Program-made: the position numbers and the translations under genes
The notes under the pieces: model-generated
Databases searched by the model: none
Told to the model about the DNA's origin: nothing
The model's input: only the letters and a program-made list of their open reading frames with translations
Part shown: positions 35,484 to 49,435 of the stretch, one piece after another
Layout: every line of letters begins with the position of its first letter
Numbering within the stretch: position 1 is the stretch's first letter
Source: Chiloscyllium plagiosum
Lineage: Eukaryota
Length of the DNA stretch: 64,000 nucleotides
Reading direction: 5' to 3'
Assembly (NCBI RefSeq): GCF_004010195.1
Contig: NC_057718.1
Coordinates: forward strand, 50,787,018 to 50,851,017

Positions 35484-38400
35484 CCTCGGGGAACAAGGTG
35501 GTTGCTTGTGATTCTGGATCTTTATATTTCAGAATACAGCAGCTGATTGCTATGAAAATAGGAGCACAGTTGTTCTATGCTAGGAGGGACCTGATGGCAT
35601 GGAAATATGGCTCTGTATTTCTGAGGGAGTCCTGATAAAAAATCCTATCAAAAATGCAGAGCTGTTTTATGGTGCGAAGAATAGGTGCAGGGGCAGTCTA
35701 TGTGAGCTTGCTACTTGTCAGAAAATCCATCTTATTGTTCTTATCCAGTGTATGTATTGAATTAGACTAATTAATATATCCAGAATGAATCAGGCCTGTT
35801 GTAATTTTACAAGTTACTGATTACAGACAGAATATGTTAATAATGGTATGTTACACTCCAACATTTTAAGAAAGTGAAAAAATATTTTTAAAATAAATTA
35901 TTTTTAGTTTGTCATATGTCCATCTTGAATGAAAGATTATTTTGAATTTTTTTTTAAAGGAAGAATCATTATTTACCAGAGGTATTTTCAGCTTTTAATT
36001 AGTGCAAAAACAACCTCATGTAGACGTGCAAAATTAGATCTCACAAATGGAGATGGCCACTTTTAGCACTGACTAATGACAAACATTTTTGCCATTCTCA
36101 AATGTTAGGATTACCAATGAACTGAATGATAACCTGGTAGGTGTGAATTTTCTAAATATATCATACTGATTTTGGGAATATCAGTTCCTTTGTTCAATTC
36201 TATTCTTTTTAGTTTATTAAATTAATAATCTAGCATCTGCAATGTTGTATAAATATGTTGCACACAGCAATACCACCATGAAGCTTCATCTGTTTTATAA
36301 TGTGTTAATATTATGCTATATTGTGTTTTTTTAATTTGAATGTAAAATATTAACATATTGAAATAACCAAAGCAGAATTTTTAATGTGTGAATAAATTTC
36401 AACTTAAAGGGAAAGACTCACATGAGCTACATTTCAGGGCTCATATCAGTTAATTTTATCCAGTTGCACAATAAATTTTGATAACAATGAAAAATGGATC
36501 TGAATGATTCCATCTCATTAATATAGTACAGGAAAGCCTCTGGTTGCATCATATTGCCACAGTCTGCATCTATGGTCTGTGGCCAATCAACTAGTCAAGC
36601 GAAATGAAAGCATTGCTGAAAGGCAAGACTAGTTATCTCTGTGAATTTTAAATATGCTATCCTCAAACATCTAATAATTTACTATTTCATTTCAAACAGC
36701 TAGCAGCCTGTCAGAAGAGACTGCCATTCATTTCAAGGTAGCAGAAAGAATCAGTGATCTGATAGATCAGTGATGTTTATAGTTATGAGCAGTCTGAGAA
36801 TGTTGAATATTGATTCTCCCATAGTATTAATTAATCCATCAAATCTAAAACAGCTCGAATAGAATAAGTTCAAAGTGTGGTTATGGCTGGTTGTGTCAGA
36901 CTACAATTATAATTAAATGCCACAATGTGTGTTTGAATGTGTGTTATATTAATGGATACAGTCAACTAGCTATTTGAATAGTCTTCAAATTTTATCCTAT
37001 GATATAAACAACCCCAGGATTGAATTGTAGGTTCATAAAAATGTGGGTCTACAATCTTGTCACTGGGATAAGGTTGCTGATCATGATTATGGAAAGATTG
37101 AGAGACACATATGTACCCTCTGGCTTTCTGCCCTTATAGATCAGTGCACTCAAAAACACTAGCTCCTGACAGCACAAAGAAAGACAAAAAAAACATAACG
37201 AGTCACTTCTCCCAATGTAGGTTGCAGCTGAAGGTAAAAGAACTAAAACACTGAGGTCATCAGCTAACGAACAGATTGTTTCAACTTTCCCTTGCTTTTT
37301 AGGTGTGTGTTAAATCAAAACAAAATATTTGAATTAGGTCATGGCATAATTGATACAATACTAATTAATTAATATTTGCACACCACTGGCAGCTCTGCAC
37401 ATTGGATGCTCTATTGGCTACTAGATCAAGGCTTTGAAGGCAATTTCTTCTCAGGAGGTTGGGCTTGCTCAAGATTAATAAAGCACTGAATTCACTGAGC
37501 ATTTGTGTTTGTGAAGTACCTGGTTCACTTGAGGAGTGGTGGGTATATTGTGACCTGCCACTTTTAAGTTGCTCTAGGCTCCTGCGAAATATATTTGATA
37601 GGCAGATAGATTTTAGAGACAAGAGAAAGTGGAAACACACGGTTCATATATGTCTAACTACAGACATGATTTAAGCTGACAATGCTGATGTTTGATATAA
37701 TCTACCCTGATTTCATGACAGTGGATATATGTTGCAGTTCTGAAACGTCATTTGTAAGTACTTGATTTTGCATGTTGTTACAATTCTTCGAGAGGTTTCT
37801 ACAATAAATTAGGTCTTCAAACTGTCAGTTCACTCACAGAATTCCACCCAAAGAAAATCAAGTAGCACTGGGGGGAGAAAAGCTAACCATTCTGATGCAG
37901 ACTTGAGTTCAAAATGTTTTATGGTTCTTTAGATTGTTACCCAATTCTATAGCATAGAGTCTCAAAGCATACATAGTGGCCTCTGTGTTTTGCCCACAAG
38001 TTGTTTTTATAGTTTTGCCTTAATTAATGAAGTTTAATTTTTTTTCAAAAACTTTCCTTTTCGATAATTATTCTAATTATTAAATTGAATCAGGTAAGAT
38101 AAACAGGATGGTGTGTCCAACGTCTAGACGATAGATTTCATTTAAAATTTACAATAAGCTCCACATCACTCCGTGGGAATTATAATTGCGCCTCCAAAAC
38201 GTATTAACTCTGCACGATTCGTTAAGTACGCCACAACAATTTTGGAATTTGTAATTACCTAGCATAATAGTGTTACACATTTGAGAATCTGCATTATAAT
38301 ATTTTCAGAAATAAAACAGTTGTTTTCTAAAAATAGTCTTAGATAAAATACAAAATTTAAAATAAGTTGGTGAAATTGAACTGCCAGTATGAATTGGAAA

Positions 38401-38685
38401 AATAAATTAATTGGTGAATAGTTAGGCCCAAACTCCATTTTAGAATTAATTTTAATGAAACCTGCTGCAGATGCTCAGTTGCTCACTGTCAACATCTTTG
38501 TTGAAATGGCTAAGGAAACTATGGTGCCAGCTGTGACCTTCAATTTCTGGGCAGGAGGAAGATGGTGAGCAGTGGTGTAGACAGTGCAAGTGGGTGGAGG
38601 TAGGAGAAAATAAGATGATGGGTGAGCAAAGTCCAGAAATATTAATGAGGATCGGCATGGAGCCAGGAGGATCACTCATATGCTC

Positions 38686-39560
38686 ATAAAACATAGGAAC
38701 AGAATTAGGCCATTTGGCCCATTGAATCTGTTTGATCATGGCTGACATGTTTCTCAACTCTATTCTGCTGCCTTTCTCCTGTAATTCTTGATTCCTCTTA
38801 CCAATCAAGAACTAGTCCGTTTTTGTCCTAAATACACTCAATGACTTGGCCTCCGCAGCCTTTTGTGGCAATGAGTTCCACAGATTCACCAGCCTCTGGC
38901 TAAAGAAATTCCTCCTCATTCCAGTACTAAAGGGTTGACCCTTCACTCTGAGGCTGTGCCCTTGGGTCTTAGTCTCACATGTATTGCATGTTTCTTCTTG
39001 GGATGAATTTCTGCTGTGTCTCCCAAATTATCCCCCGAAACCCCTGTCATTGCTTCTCCACCATTCCTTTGCTGTTCCTCAACTCCATCCACACAGGTTC
39101 TATGCCTTCTGACTCTATATCGTTTCTTGCTATAGCTTTAATTTCATTTCTTACTAACAAGGCAATCCCACCCCCTCTGCCCATCTGCCTGTCCTTTTGC
39201 TGAATGCGTACCCTTAGTTTAATTCTCAGCTATGATCCCCTTGCAACCACATTTCTGTGATACCCACAATATTGTACCTGCCAATTTCATTCTGTGCAAT
39301 AAACTCATTTACCTTGTTCTGTATAGTGCATGCATTTCAATAGAACACCATCAATCCTGCAATGACCGTCTCCCTTCTCACAGCTACCCCACTTAGATTC
39401 CTGACCTACCCATACTCTCTATCCTAGTACTTGTTCTGGAAATTTTAATAACCTCTGCTGAGCCCACCAGCCCCCCCACCCCCTTCAACATTTTCCATAA
39501 TTTTCCAGGTAACTGAACTTACTCTCCCACTATTAAATCTAAAGCCCTATCCACAGCACA
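38686..39560 (-). mobile_element. CR1 fragments (3' tail ~38686-38980 joined to endonuclease region)
   Basis: cctatgttttat tail; minus-strand GRGGGIALLVRNEIKAIARNDIES endonuclease motif at ~39110-39185. Confidence 0.75.
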
Positions 39561-39799
39561 TCCTTAAAAGAGTGCCGGTTAGGTCACACAAATACCTGCT
39601 ATCTTGAATGTTGCAATCCAATGGTGGCAAGGTTTCCTGAAACCTGTAAACGTACAGGCCTAATGCCTGTTTCAGATGCATTCTCTGGACAGTTATAATG
39701 CAGTCTTTACCAATAGAACAAATAACACAATCCCAGCATGGAAAATCTGTTCATTCCAAACAGAATTGATAGTCACACTGTCAAATGTGGGTTAAATTA

Positions 39800-40760
39800 A
39801 ACTACCATAATTAACTAACTTGAAGTTGGACTTTCTTGAAGAGGAAAGAGAGACAGTTAACCAGGGTAATGTTGTTGAGGTGGAGTATGTGAATTTGCAA
39901 AATGCATTTGAGAAGTGCCACATAAAAGATTTAAGTGAACAGTTTAAGATTGTGGAATAAAAGAAACAGGAGTAACAAGGATACAAAATTAGCTGAGTAA
40001 TGGATAAAGAGGGTAATGATTACTTTTCAGCAGAAAGAGGTTTGATTGGAGTACCCCAGAGGTTGGTACTGAAACCCGTGCTTCTGTTGATATCAAGCAA
40101 TGATCTAAACTTATTGTATATGGAGCAATGTCAAGGTTTGTGAATGATATAAATCTTTGAAGCATTTCAAATTGTGAGTATATAGCATTCTACTCTCTAG
40201 TTACAGGGGCATGGTGGTTATGCTGAATTGTATAAGACACGGGTTAGGTCTCAGTTGAAATACTGTGCATGGTTCTTGGTGCCACACTTCAGGATAGAAG
40301 TGCATGCATTGGAGAGAGTGCAGAAGAGATTTATAAGAATGTTTATGGGGATGAAAAACTTCAGATAGATTGGGACTGTTGTCCTCAGAGAGGAGAAGGC
40401 TAAGAGAAGAGTTGATACAAGTGTTCAAAACCATGTGGCATCTGGATGTAATATATAGACAAAAACTATTCCTGCTTGTAAAGGAATTGAGAGTAAAAGG
40501 GCATTGATTTAAAGTAATTTGTAAAATACACAAATGCAATGTGAAAATAAATTGTAGCAAGGGTCTGGAATCCACTATCTGGAAACGTGATGAAGACTGG
40601 AGGAATTCAAAAGGGTATCAGATAATTATTTCTATTGCAACTATGTGCAAGGTTTTGGAGATCAAGCTGGAGACTGGCAGAAGTCATAGAACTCATTTGG
40701 AGAGCTGATATAGACATAATGGACTGAATGACCTCCTGAATTATAAGAATTCTGTGATCA
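39800..40760 (+). mobile_element. Old, highly decayed CR1 RT and 3' end
   Basis: Remnants FLEE..VEVEYVNLQNAFEK and LYKTRVRSQLKYC..LERVQKRFIRM. Confidence 0.7.
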
Positions 40761-41371
40761 TGTGAATTTCTGAGACCAGGTACGTAAGTAATTGAAACAG
40801 ATGCTAATGACTGCAAATATTTTCACCAGGGAATGGAAAAAAGGGTTAATATAATGCACAATGGCCAGAATGCTAGAGATCCTAAATTGTCTTTTCTTAA
40901 ATTATTTCTCTTGCTCAAACATTCTTTAAAAATTGACACTTTTCTGGACTGATAGTATGAATGCCTCTGATCAAATGATGCTAGTTGAACACAATTTCTG
41001 ATAAAGTTTTTATCAGCAGTAACCAGAGGGCAAAAGCTTGCACCTCATCCTCTGAAACATCAAGCTTCTTGTATATATAAACATTCCAGCCAAGCCAAAA
41101 CAAGGGAACAGTAGACGTGATGTCTACGACAGCCAGCTCTGAACAAAGGAGAGTACGGAAACTCATTACTGCTCGGCCTGGTGTTGATAACGCTAAAGTT
41201 ATCAGCCATAAAGTACAATAGGTTTTAGCCAGGACAACAAAATAAACCACATTAGCTGACTGGCTAAGTTGGAAGCTCCAGAGCCATGACTGAAACTATT
41301 GGTTTGATCGAATTATCCTTAATAATTCAGGTTTTTTTCTGTATTTCGTCAGTCAGATCATAATACCAGAA

Positions 41372-41553
41372 GATGATTTGGAGGTGCCGGTGTTGGACTG
41401 GGGTGTACAAAATTAAAAATCACACAACACCAGGTTATAGTCCAACAGGTTTATTCGGAAGCATGAGCTTTTGGAGCGCTGCTTCTTCATCAGATGGTTG
41501 TCACCTGATGAAGGAGCAGTGCTCCAAAAGCTAGTACTTCCGAATAAACCTGT
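41372..41553. mobile_element. Fold-back Penelope-derived short element, second family
   Basis: ~52-bp inverted arms (41445-41496 / 41502-41553); right arm CAC-CTGATGA-A-GGAGC-agt-GCTCC-AAAAGCTA-GTA. Confidence 0.8.
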
Positions 41554-44299
41554 GGGGCTCATATCAAAAGGGTTAACTACTCTAGGCTTGGGTAAAACCT
41601 ACCTCTGATCTCAATCTTTCTGAAAAATCGGAGTTCTGAAAATAATCCTCTGTTTCACCAGCAAAGTGAACCAAACACCAATTTACATCTTCTGCACCTT
41701 TACCAGCAGTTTAACTGTGCCCGAACTCCTGCAGAGACAACGTCTCTTCCAGAGAACTTAAACAACCTTCACTGGACATTAACCCACTGGACTCTCTAAG
41801 TCATGTCAAAGAATTCTGAAATCAGATATTTTAAAAATAATTTGTCATGTGTAACTCTTCTCTTTTCCTTTATCTTTCCTCTCTGACCTGGATGCATGCA
41901 TGTGAGAATGTGGGTTGTGAACCATTCCCGAATTTTTTGTTTGAGTGCAGCAATAAATCCTACTTTCTTTAATCCGAAAAGAATTTCCTGTTGGTCGTTT
42001 TAAAATTGGACTTCACAAACAAGGTTTGGGGAAACACTTTTTTTAAAACTGCGACAATAAAAAAAAGAAAAACCAACTCCTTTTACAAACAGGTCGATGG
42101 CAAAAATAATCTATGTTCTCCCTCTTGTCCATGCCCGGGAAGTGATTGGAAGTGTACACAAGAGAAAAGACTCAAGGAATGCTTTAATATTAAAATGTTG
42201 ACTGTAGTTCATAGTTTAGAGCCAATATTACTGCATCCATCTACATATATAAAATAGCACACTGGGTTGGCGATTACACTTGGCAGTCAGAAGTGGTAAA
42301 GAATTATTTCAACTGATGCAGAAGTAGATGGTGAAATGGAATTCCTCTGCAACAAGCTGTGATAAACACTTCATAAATATTTCTCAGAAAACAATAAATA
42401 CTTTATTTTTGACAAACAAGCAATTAATGTTAAAGGCACAAAAAATGGTTTATTTTTGCAATTTTGTAAAGCAGTGATACAGAAATAATGCACTGAATGT
42501 GTGTCCCCATAGCGTTGTGACTTTATCATAAAGTTGCGACACTCATATCCTTTCTCTCACTTCAGATTTTTCAATATTTGTGTTATTTTTCAAGGTTGTA
42601 CTCTGGTTTTATTATATGGACAATATACATTATTACAATGCCTTTGTCAGTCAATGTACAACTTAAGGTGACTTAATAAGTCAAGTTTATTGTTAACTGA
42701 TAACTTAAAAATAATTTTTCCTTTAATTCCATTGTTCCTTCTCTCCACATCTGTCCTCCACTCCTGAAGGATTAATTAATGCTTGATAAATGTTACAAAA
42801 AAACTTGTAGCAGTTGATTCACATAGACAACATTCGCATTTGATTCTGACAGTTAGGGTAAGAGTTTGCGTTTTGGATCAGAACTCCAATGCTGGGGTCA
42901 AACTAGGGGCCTGGAATTTCCATTATTGGCTAATTGGTGACAAGATGACAAATTCCCCACCCAATTATGCAGAGTGGGTAGACAGGAGGGTGACTGCAGG
43001 TAAGGGAGGGAGGGGGGCATCTCTATGCAGAGGTGCCCTCTCAGCATTGTCCAAAAATTCAAAAAACAGTAATGATGTCCAGCCACCACGGAGGAACTCT
43101 TCCAAAGGGAGACCAGTGGTTGCGGCTACGGTCATGTGGGTGAGGAAGACCTCGAAAACCTGGAGGTAGCATCAACTGGAAGATTCTGGTCATCCACTGA
43201 TAATTGGCTTGATTTGGTCTTTAACTTACCTTAATTGGTGACTCACCACTTGGAGGTAGTTGGCCGTTCCTTCCTGATCTTGCCTCTGGGTAACTGGCTC
43301 AGGGACAGGAGGGTGCTGGCAAACTTGAATGCCAGTAGGTGGTGTTAATCTCCATTCTCACCCCATATCAAGATGAAAATTTCTACTCTTTGCATCAGAT
43401 AGATATTAGATCATGCAAATGTCATCCCCAGGTGTGACCCATGCTGCATGGATACCTCCACACCTGAACTCACCAACATCAATTATTCAAGAGCAATCAG
43501 AAGTGCAAACATCAGTTGATTTGCCTTCCTCATTAGTTCCCAAGTTACAACATCCTTGATGGTACCCAAATTATCTGACTTAGCACAGCATGAGTATGTT
43601 TCAATTTAATAATATGTAGTGTATTTATTGACTGTGACTTCAGAAAACAAAAGCCCTTTACTTTCTTAATTTATTTTTACTCTTGGCCAAGCTACTAGGC
43701 CTGTGTTGATCATTTGAAGTAAAATCATTCAAGATTCATTTTCCTGTCCCCAAATTCTATGTTGTTAATTCCATTCCAACAGTACGTATAGTACAATGAG
43801 GTATTACAATGCCACAATCATTATTTTGCAAGAAATTACTTCACAGTACATTTTTCTTCACTTATTCCTGAGAGTAGACATTGAATGCTTCATTGTAGCT
43901 CTTTTATTTGTGAGTTGAGGCCAGACAGAGCAGCAGTTTGAATGTTGCAAATTGTCCCAATGTCCCTACTGAAAGAAGATTAAGGACCAACAAACCATGA
44001 CACTATCCTGGCCTCATGGTGTCTCAGAAAAATGTTCTTTTCACGGCAAGGGGTGAGGGCATGATCACCCTTGACTGTCATAACTTACTGTGCAAGAATA
44101 GTACTGCAAAACTTATTATCCATGCTCCCACATGAAGCGAGTTTACTTTGTTGGGGTACGAGAGGATGTCCTCTCAACTGTGAAACTCTAACCAAAACAA
44201 AAGTCAGGACCTTCAAGAAGGTGGATAGAAAATTAAGGATAGTAGTCAAAACTTACTAAAAAATTCATTGCAAGTGTGAGTTTCCAGAAATAACATGAG

Positions 44300-45840
44300 G
44301 AATTTTCCACAACATGATTATAGTGAATGGTGAGGCAACTAGACGTACAGAATTCATTTCAGGACACATGACTAAGATCATAGAGTTGGAGGGGTAATGC
44401 CAGCTGGATTTCATGAATGGTTCTATGACATAAAATAGCATTGTTTTCAGATTGGAAGTGGTGTAGTGGAGAAGTGCTAGGACCACTGTCATTTTGGATA
44501 GCAACACAGGAGCATGAGTAGGCCAGTGAGCCTGCACATCCATTTTGGATAATGTCTCATCAACGACTTCATTGTTCCATTCCCATATGCCCTGGTGTAA
44601 TTAGAAACATATGCATGCAACTTTGATATTGAAATATAGACAGACATTTTAAATGATCTGATACTACCAAGTTTGGTGCTATGGCAAACAATGAGAATAA
44701 AACAAATCAACTGTAAAAAGTCATAGGTGAGCAAAAGAGGCAGACAGAATCTAACAACAATAAGTGAGATAATGCATTTGGCAGAAGAAATAAGACTCAA
44801 TACAGATTAAATGCCACATTACCAAAGAGTTTGTGGGCTCAAAGGGACTTTGGAGACTATGTGTGCTAATCCTTGATGGTGGTAGAACATTTTGTTAGAG
44901 TAGTTAGCAAAGTATATAAGGTCTTGAGCTTTGTAAGTTTAAGTATTGAGAACAAAAGGAGGAAAGTTATGCTGAACATTTATAAAGTTCTGGTTACCAA
45001 CAACTGGATTATTGCACCACATCTCACCACTATACTTCAGACGAAACTTTCCAGAATAGTTTCAGGGATGGGAGATTTTAGTTACAATATTAGTTTGAGG
45101 AAGCTGGTTTGTTCTTCTTCGAAGACAAAGGAGATTGAGGAGTGATTGTTAAAAATTTGACCATGGGATGAAGTTGCTGATGACTAGGCTAGCAGTTATT
45201 GCTCAGCTCTAATTTCTCAGAAGGCAGTTCATAGTCACCCATATTTTTGTTGTTCTAGGGTAAAGTGTAAGCAGACCTCCCCCTCTTACAGCTTACTTGT
45301 GAACTAAATTTTTATTTTTATGAAAATCGACAGTAATTACACAGGCACCATGAAACAATTATTTTTAATCCAAGATTTTTAATAAATGCAAACTGCACCA
45401 TTTGCCAAAGAGAGATGCAAATCAATCTCTCCATAACATTAGCTTGGCATTTTGGATCACCAGTCACGAGTCACCATGCCACCACTTCCCATTGGATCGA
45501 GGTGTATACGATTATGACAGGTTTAGATCAGGTAGACAAAGACATACTGATGGAATAAGGAATAAAAGGTACAAATTTAAAGCTTTGGGAAATAGATGGA
45601 CAGTGGTTGTGAGAAATAATTTTTTTTCAGGCAGCAAGTGTCCTGGAATTTACTTCCATCACTCTCAAAGGCAGCAGAGATGACTAATGATTTCATTGAA
45701 TGGGCTCTTAAGGGAAATAAACTTGCAGGATTACATGGACAGAGTAAAAGAATGAGAGTGATTCAACTGCTCTCGAGAGAACCATTCACTCAATGGGCTG
45801 AATGGTTGCCTTCTGTTCTGTTAAACCTAAATGACCGTAT
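44300..45840 (+). mobile_element. Old CR1 remnants with an embedded SINE fragment
   Basis: VVSKVYKVLSFV..KVMLNIYKVL (ORF 44873-45145) and CR1-type tail atgggctgaatggttgccttctgttctg. Confidence 0.55.
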
Positions 45841-47741
45841 GAGTCAAGGACAAATAAAAGTCATCATGGATAATGAAAGCCCATTTTACACCCTCCATGA
45901 TATTCATTTATATTTCAATTGAAATAAAATGTTGGGTATGTGTAGAAAGGATTGTTGATTGCCCATGTTTTGCTGATGCCCAATATAAATTTCACCCCAA
46001 CTGTCTTATACCTTCCATTTATTTTGAAGTGCTCCAACAGAGCTTTACAAAGTTGAAAGAAAATCACAATTGTTGTCTAATGATATACCAACGCTCTATT
46101 TCACAGAATGATAGGATTCACCTCCTTGACCTGTGTAGTAAATTGCCAATCCATGCCAGGATAGATAATTGCTTTCCAATGGAGAAATACTGTAGGGGGA
46201 ATCTCCCATTGTTCCAGGTGCAAACTTTGTGGCATCTGGATTAAAAGTGGAATTGGGAAAGGCAAAAGCAATGAACTGTACAGCTAACTACTACATTGTG
46301 AAACTATGTATGCCACTGGCAAGAAAGTGAAGACTGCTGATGCTGGATATCAGAGTCAGAAAGTGTGGCGCAAGAAAAGCACAGCCGGTCAGGCCACACT
46401 TGGCGACTATGCATGCTACTGGCATTGAGCTAATGAAAAAAGAAGGAACTAACTGCAATGCATTTTATTTGAAAAGCATCTTTGGGAGAAACTAACAGGT
46501 AAAATAATGTGAAAAATAATTTAGACCAAGGGGACAAAATCATCTTTGCTACAGTTTTAATGTGACAGTGTGAGCAGTTCCCAGTGATTGTGTTCCTGAC
46601 AGATCAGCCCAAGGGACAAACGGATTTAGCATATTCCCTGAAAACTTTCCACTGAGTGAATATAAATCATTCACTGAGACTAAAGCAAAAATGGAAATGT
46701 TACCAGCTTTACAAAAAGATATACAGAATCTCTGCAGTAATTTCTATACTGACCTGATTTTAAATGAAATATGTGCCATGAGCCACAGGAATTTTGCTTG
46801 GTATTATTGTCTGCTCTGCAGGTTAAAGTGCACAGTGTGCACATTTATTTCTATTCATTGGTGTGTGAATCTGACCTGAAAATATGAACATAATCCCAGG
46901 CTTTGAAATGTCTGAGTATGTGTATAGATACAAAATGGGTCCTTAAATATTTATTTGGATGTCTGAGTGCATTTTTGTATCTGCATCAACAGCAAGGTGT
47001 CTGTAAAAATGGATGTATAATTCTCAGAATGTTTGCATACGTGTAAAGCAAAGGGTATGCATGTTTGAATGTGTTGTATCATTTGTTCCACCTTGATTCA
47101 TAAATGTAAGAGTTTGTTCATGCCTATCTCCTGTAAATTTACTTAGCTGGGCCTTTGAATGTATGGATATGTTGGCTGTTATGGCAATGTCACTATTCCC
47201 AACTGGAATGGAGATGATTGGGTAATAAGCCTAGAGACTACACTGCTTTTAATGATTGGGATTTATTTTATACACAATTTGTATGCAAGTGCACTGCACT
47301 CACTGCAATGTTGTACAGAAATAATCAATTGTAACATGTAACTATCTTTCAATTATTCCACTTTAGTATTCCACTTTCATTTTTTTTAAATCAAGCTAAG
47401 CGGCTACAGTTTTGCTCATGAGTTTGTTTGCTGTTTCACAGAAACACTGCTTAAAAAGCCTCTGTATACTGTTTGCTTCAATGTGCTGTTTAAATAGATA
47501 TTGCTTGCAAAGTAAATATACTTTGTTTAAGTCTACCTTACATCTCACCTCATCTTCAACTCACTGGCTGTCAAAGTGATGATTGTCCATAACAATATTG
47601 GCTGAGGTGTCACATTTTATTTCTTAGATTTGATGATACAACTCAGTAAGTCTCCCTGTCTACAGACCTACACTAAACCCTTTAACACCTACAGTGACCA
47701 AACAATGAAACCCCTTCCATTGATTAAGCAGACAGACAAAG

Positions 47742-47747
47742 CATGCA
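47742..47747 (-). promoter_or_regulatory. UGCAUG (Rbfox-type) motif ~45 nt downstream of the SS5 donor
   Basis: Exact hexamer on the sense strand in the proximal downstream intron. Confidence 0.4.
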
Positions 47748-47789
47748 GCTACAGAAACACAGAGTAGAAAGTAATAAAAATGGACTCAC

Positions 47790-47877
47790 CTAAACCACCA
47801 GAGCTTGGCTCACATTCATCAATGTCCTCATCATCACTAGGACATTCAGCAGAGGCAACCAATAGATCATCTGTGCT
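47790..47877 (-). CDS. nrxn1: Neurexin-1 penultimate exon (Cys-loop/acidic stalk, SS5 donors)
   Basis: Not in the ORF track. Pyrimidine tract + cAG (47879-47878); 88 nt encoding [29 protein letters not shown]+G; donor GTGAGT at 47789. Phase 1 joins the terminal exon to give PSSGGLANPT as in NRXN1. Alternative donor GTGGTT at 47798 removes GGL. Confidence 0.95.
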
Positions 47878-48539
47878 CTGTGGTGTAAAAAGAGAGCTAA
47901 AATTAGCGCCTTTTTGTCCCAAATATTACCAATTATTTATTATAGATAGCAGTTAAAAACAGCAGATTACCTATATTTGAAAACATTCTCAAAATTTGTA
48001 TTGTGATTCGCAGTCAATATTTTAAAATGTCATTACTTTTATTTCAACACAATCTCAATCAAATGCTATATTTGAATTAAATTCAAATAATTATTTCCTC
48101 TTTCACGTAAGTGCTGCTAAAGTGCTCAGAACCTCCAGTGTGCAACAAACCATTGTCAGTGCTGAAGATTTCTCAAGCAAGTGATGATAAACATAAAAAT
48201 AAGCATTTCAGAAGGCTTACAGACAGTTGTAATGTTCAGCAGCAGAAATATATCTTTCTCTAATGGCAGGTCACAGAGAGATTAGAATGCAGAATATATG
48301 CTCTATTTTCCAATACGGGGAAGAATCTCAAAACTAAATTCTGGCTGTAATGTGGTTTCAAAGGGAGCTCCATTGAAAGCTCATTCAGTCTACATTAAGT
48401 TAAAGGGTTTGGTGTAAGAAGCAAACATTTGTAAATTTCCATCTAGGTACCTTAGCCTTCAGGACTCAATACTGAGTTTAATAATTTTGGAAATTGAAGA
48501 ACCTCTTCCATGTTTGTAACCCACCCGCACCCCCCCAGA

Positions 48540-48880
48540 TTTGTATAGGTTGATCCCAGCACTGCCAACTCATTTTCCACCATTCACAGTTCTCATTAGT
48601 ATCCTATCCAGCATTTATTTCCCTCTCAGCTTTTCATCAGCAATTCTTTTGTTTGTTTCTCCTTTTACTTCTCTCTCTCCCCCTCTCCCGGCACTGTCTC
48701 CATGTATTCTGTTCACTCCTTCCACTATCCAATCCCCTGTCAATCGCATAAATACCTGTTTTCCCAGTTGCTTTCAATTCTGACAGAAGGTCTCTGGTCT
48801 CAAATATTACCTCTTTTCCTCTTTCTGCAGATGCAGCCAGACCTGCTGAGTTTCTCCAGCACTTTCTGCTTTTATTTGTA
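48540..48880 (+). mobile_element. Degenerate Penelope-like 3' fragment
   Basis: cagatgcagccagacctgctgagtttctccagcactttctgctttt tail shared with 7430-7480. Confidence 0.6.
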
Positions 48881-49435
48881 AATTGCAAGTGGCTCAGGAA
48901 TTAAGAATGAGTGTTGTGGAGGTTGTTTACGCTAAATCAAACTGCTCACTGTGAGGCCAATTAGCCATGTATAGTGTAAACAAATATCTGGATCTACACT
49001 TGAAATCAAGAAATTTTGAGCTTGAAAAATAAACACAGATGGTCCCATATAGGGTTTGTGCAAGCATTCCAGCAGCATAATTCCCAATCAACTTGTAATT
49101 TTTTGACTCCTGATTCAGGAGTGAATATTCAGGCCATAGATCCTGACTTACTGGGCCAAAAGAAATAGGAGCATATGTACGTGATATAGCTTGGCGTGCC
49201 TGCTTCACTATTCAATATCATCATGGCTGATCTTGGACTTCAAATTCACTTTAACATCTTTTCCATATATACCTTAGTTTCCTGAGGAGTAAAACACCTA
49301 ATTATCATGGCTTTAGATATCATTAGTGATTTTTATAATTCGTTTGTGGGATGTGGGCATCGCTGGCTGGCCAGCATTTATTGCCCGAGCCTAGTTGCCC
49401 TTGAGAAGGTGGTAGTGAGCTGTTTCCCTGAACCA

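Larger units (their letters stand above)
21594..47789 (-). other. nrxn1: Last intron of nrxn1 (~26.2 kb, GT-AG, phase 1)
   Basis: Canonical donor and acceptor joining two frame-compatible neurexin exons; repeat-rich interior. Confidence 0.88.

Noticed and set aside
40960..42150. Possible old solo LTR hosting the 41372 element
   Set aside because: AATAAA and LTR-like composition are present, but no termini or TSD could be defined.
47660..47690. Possible stop-containing mini-exon (GVKGFSVGL*) after ctgtAG, ~100 nt below the SS5 donor
   Set aside because: Weak pyrimidine tract, no recognisable homology, no clear donor.
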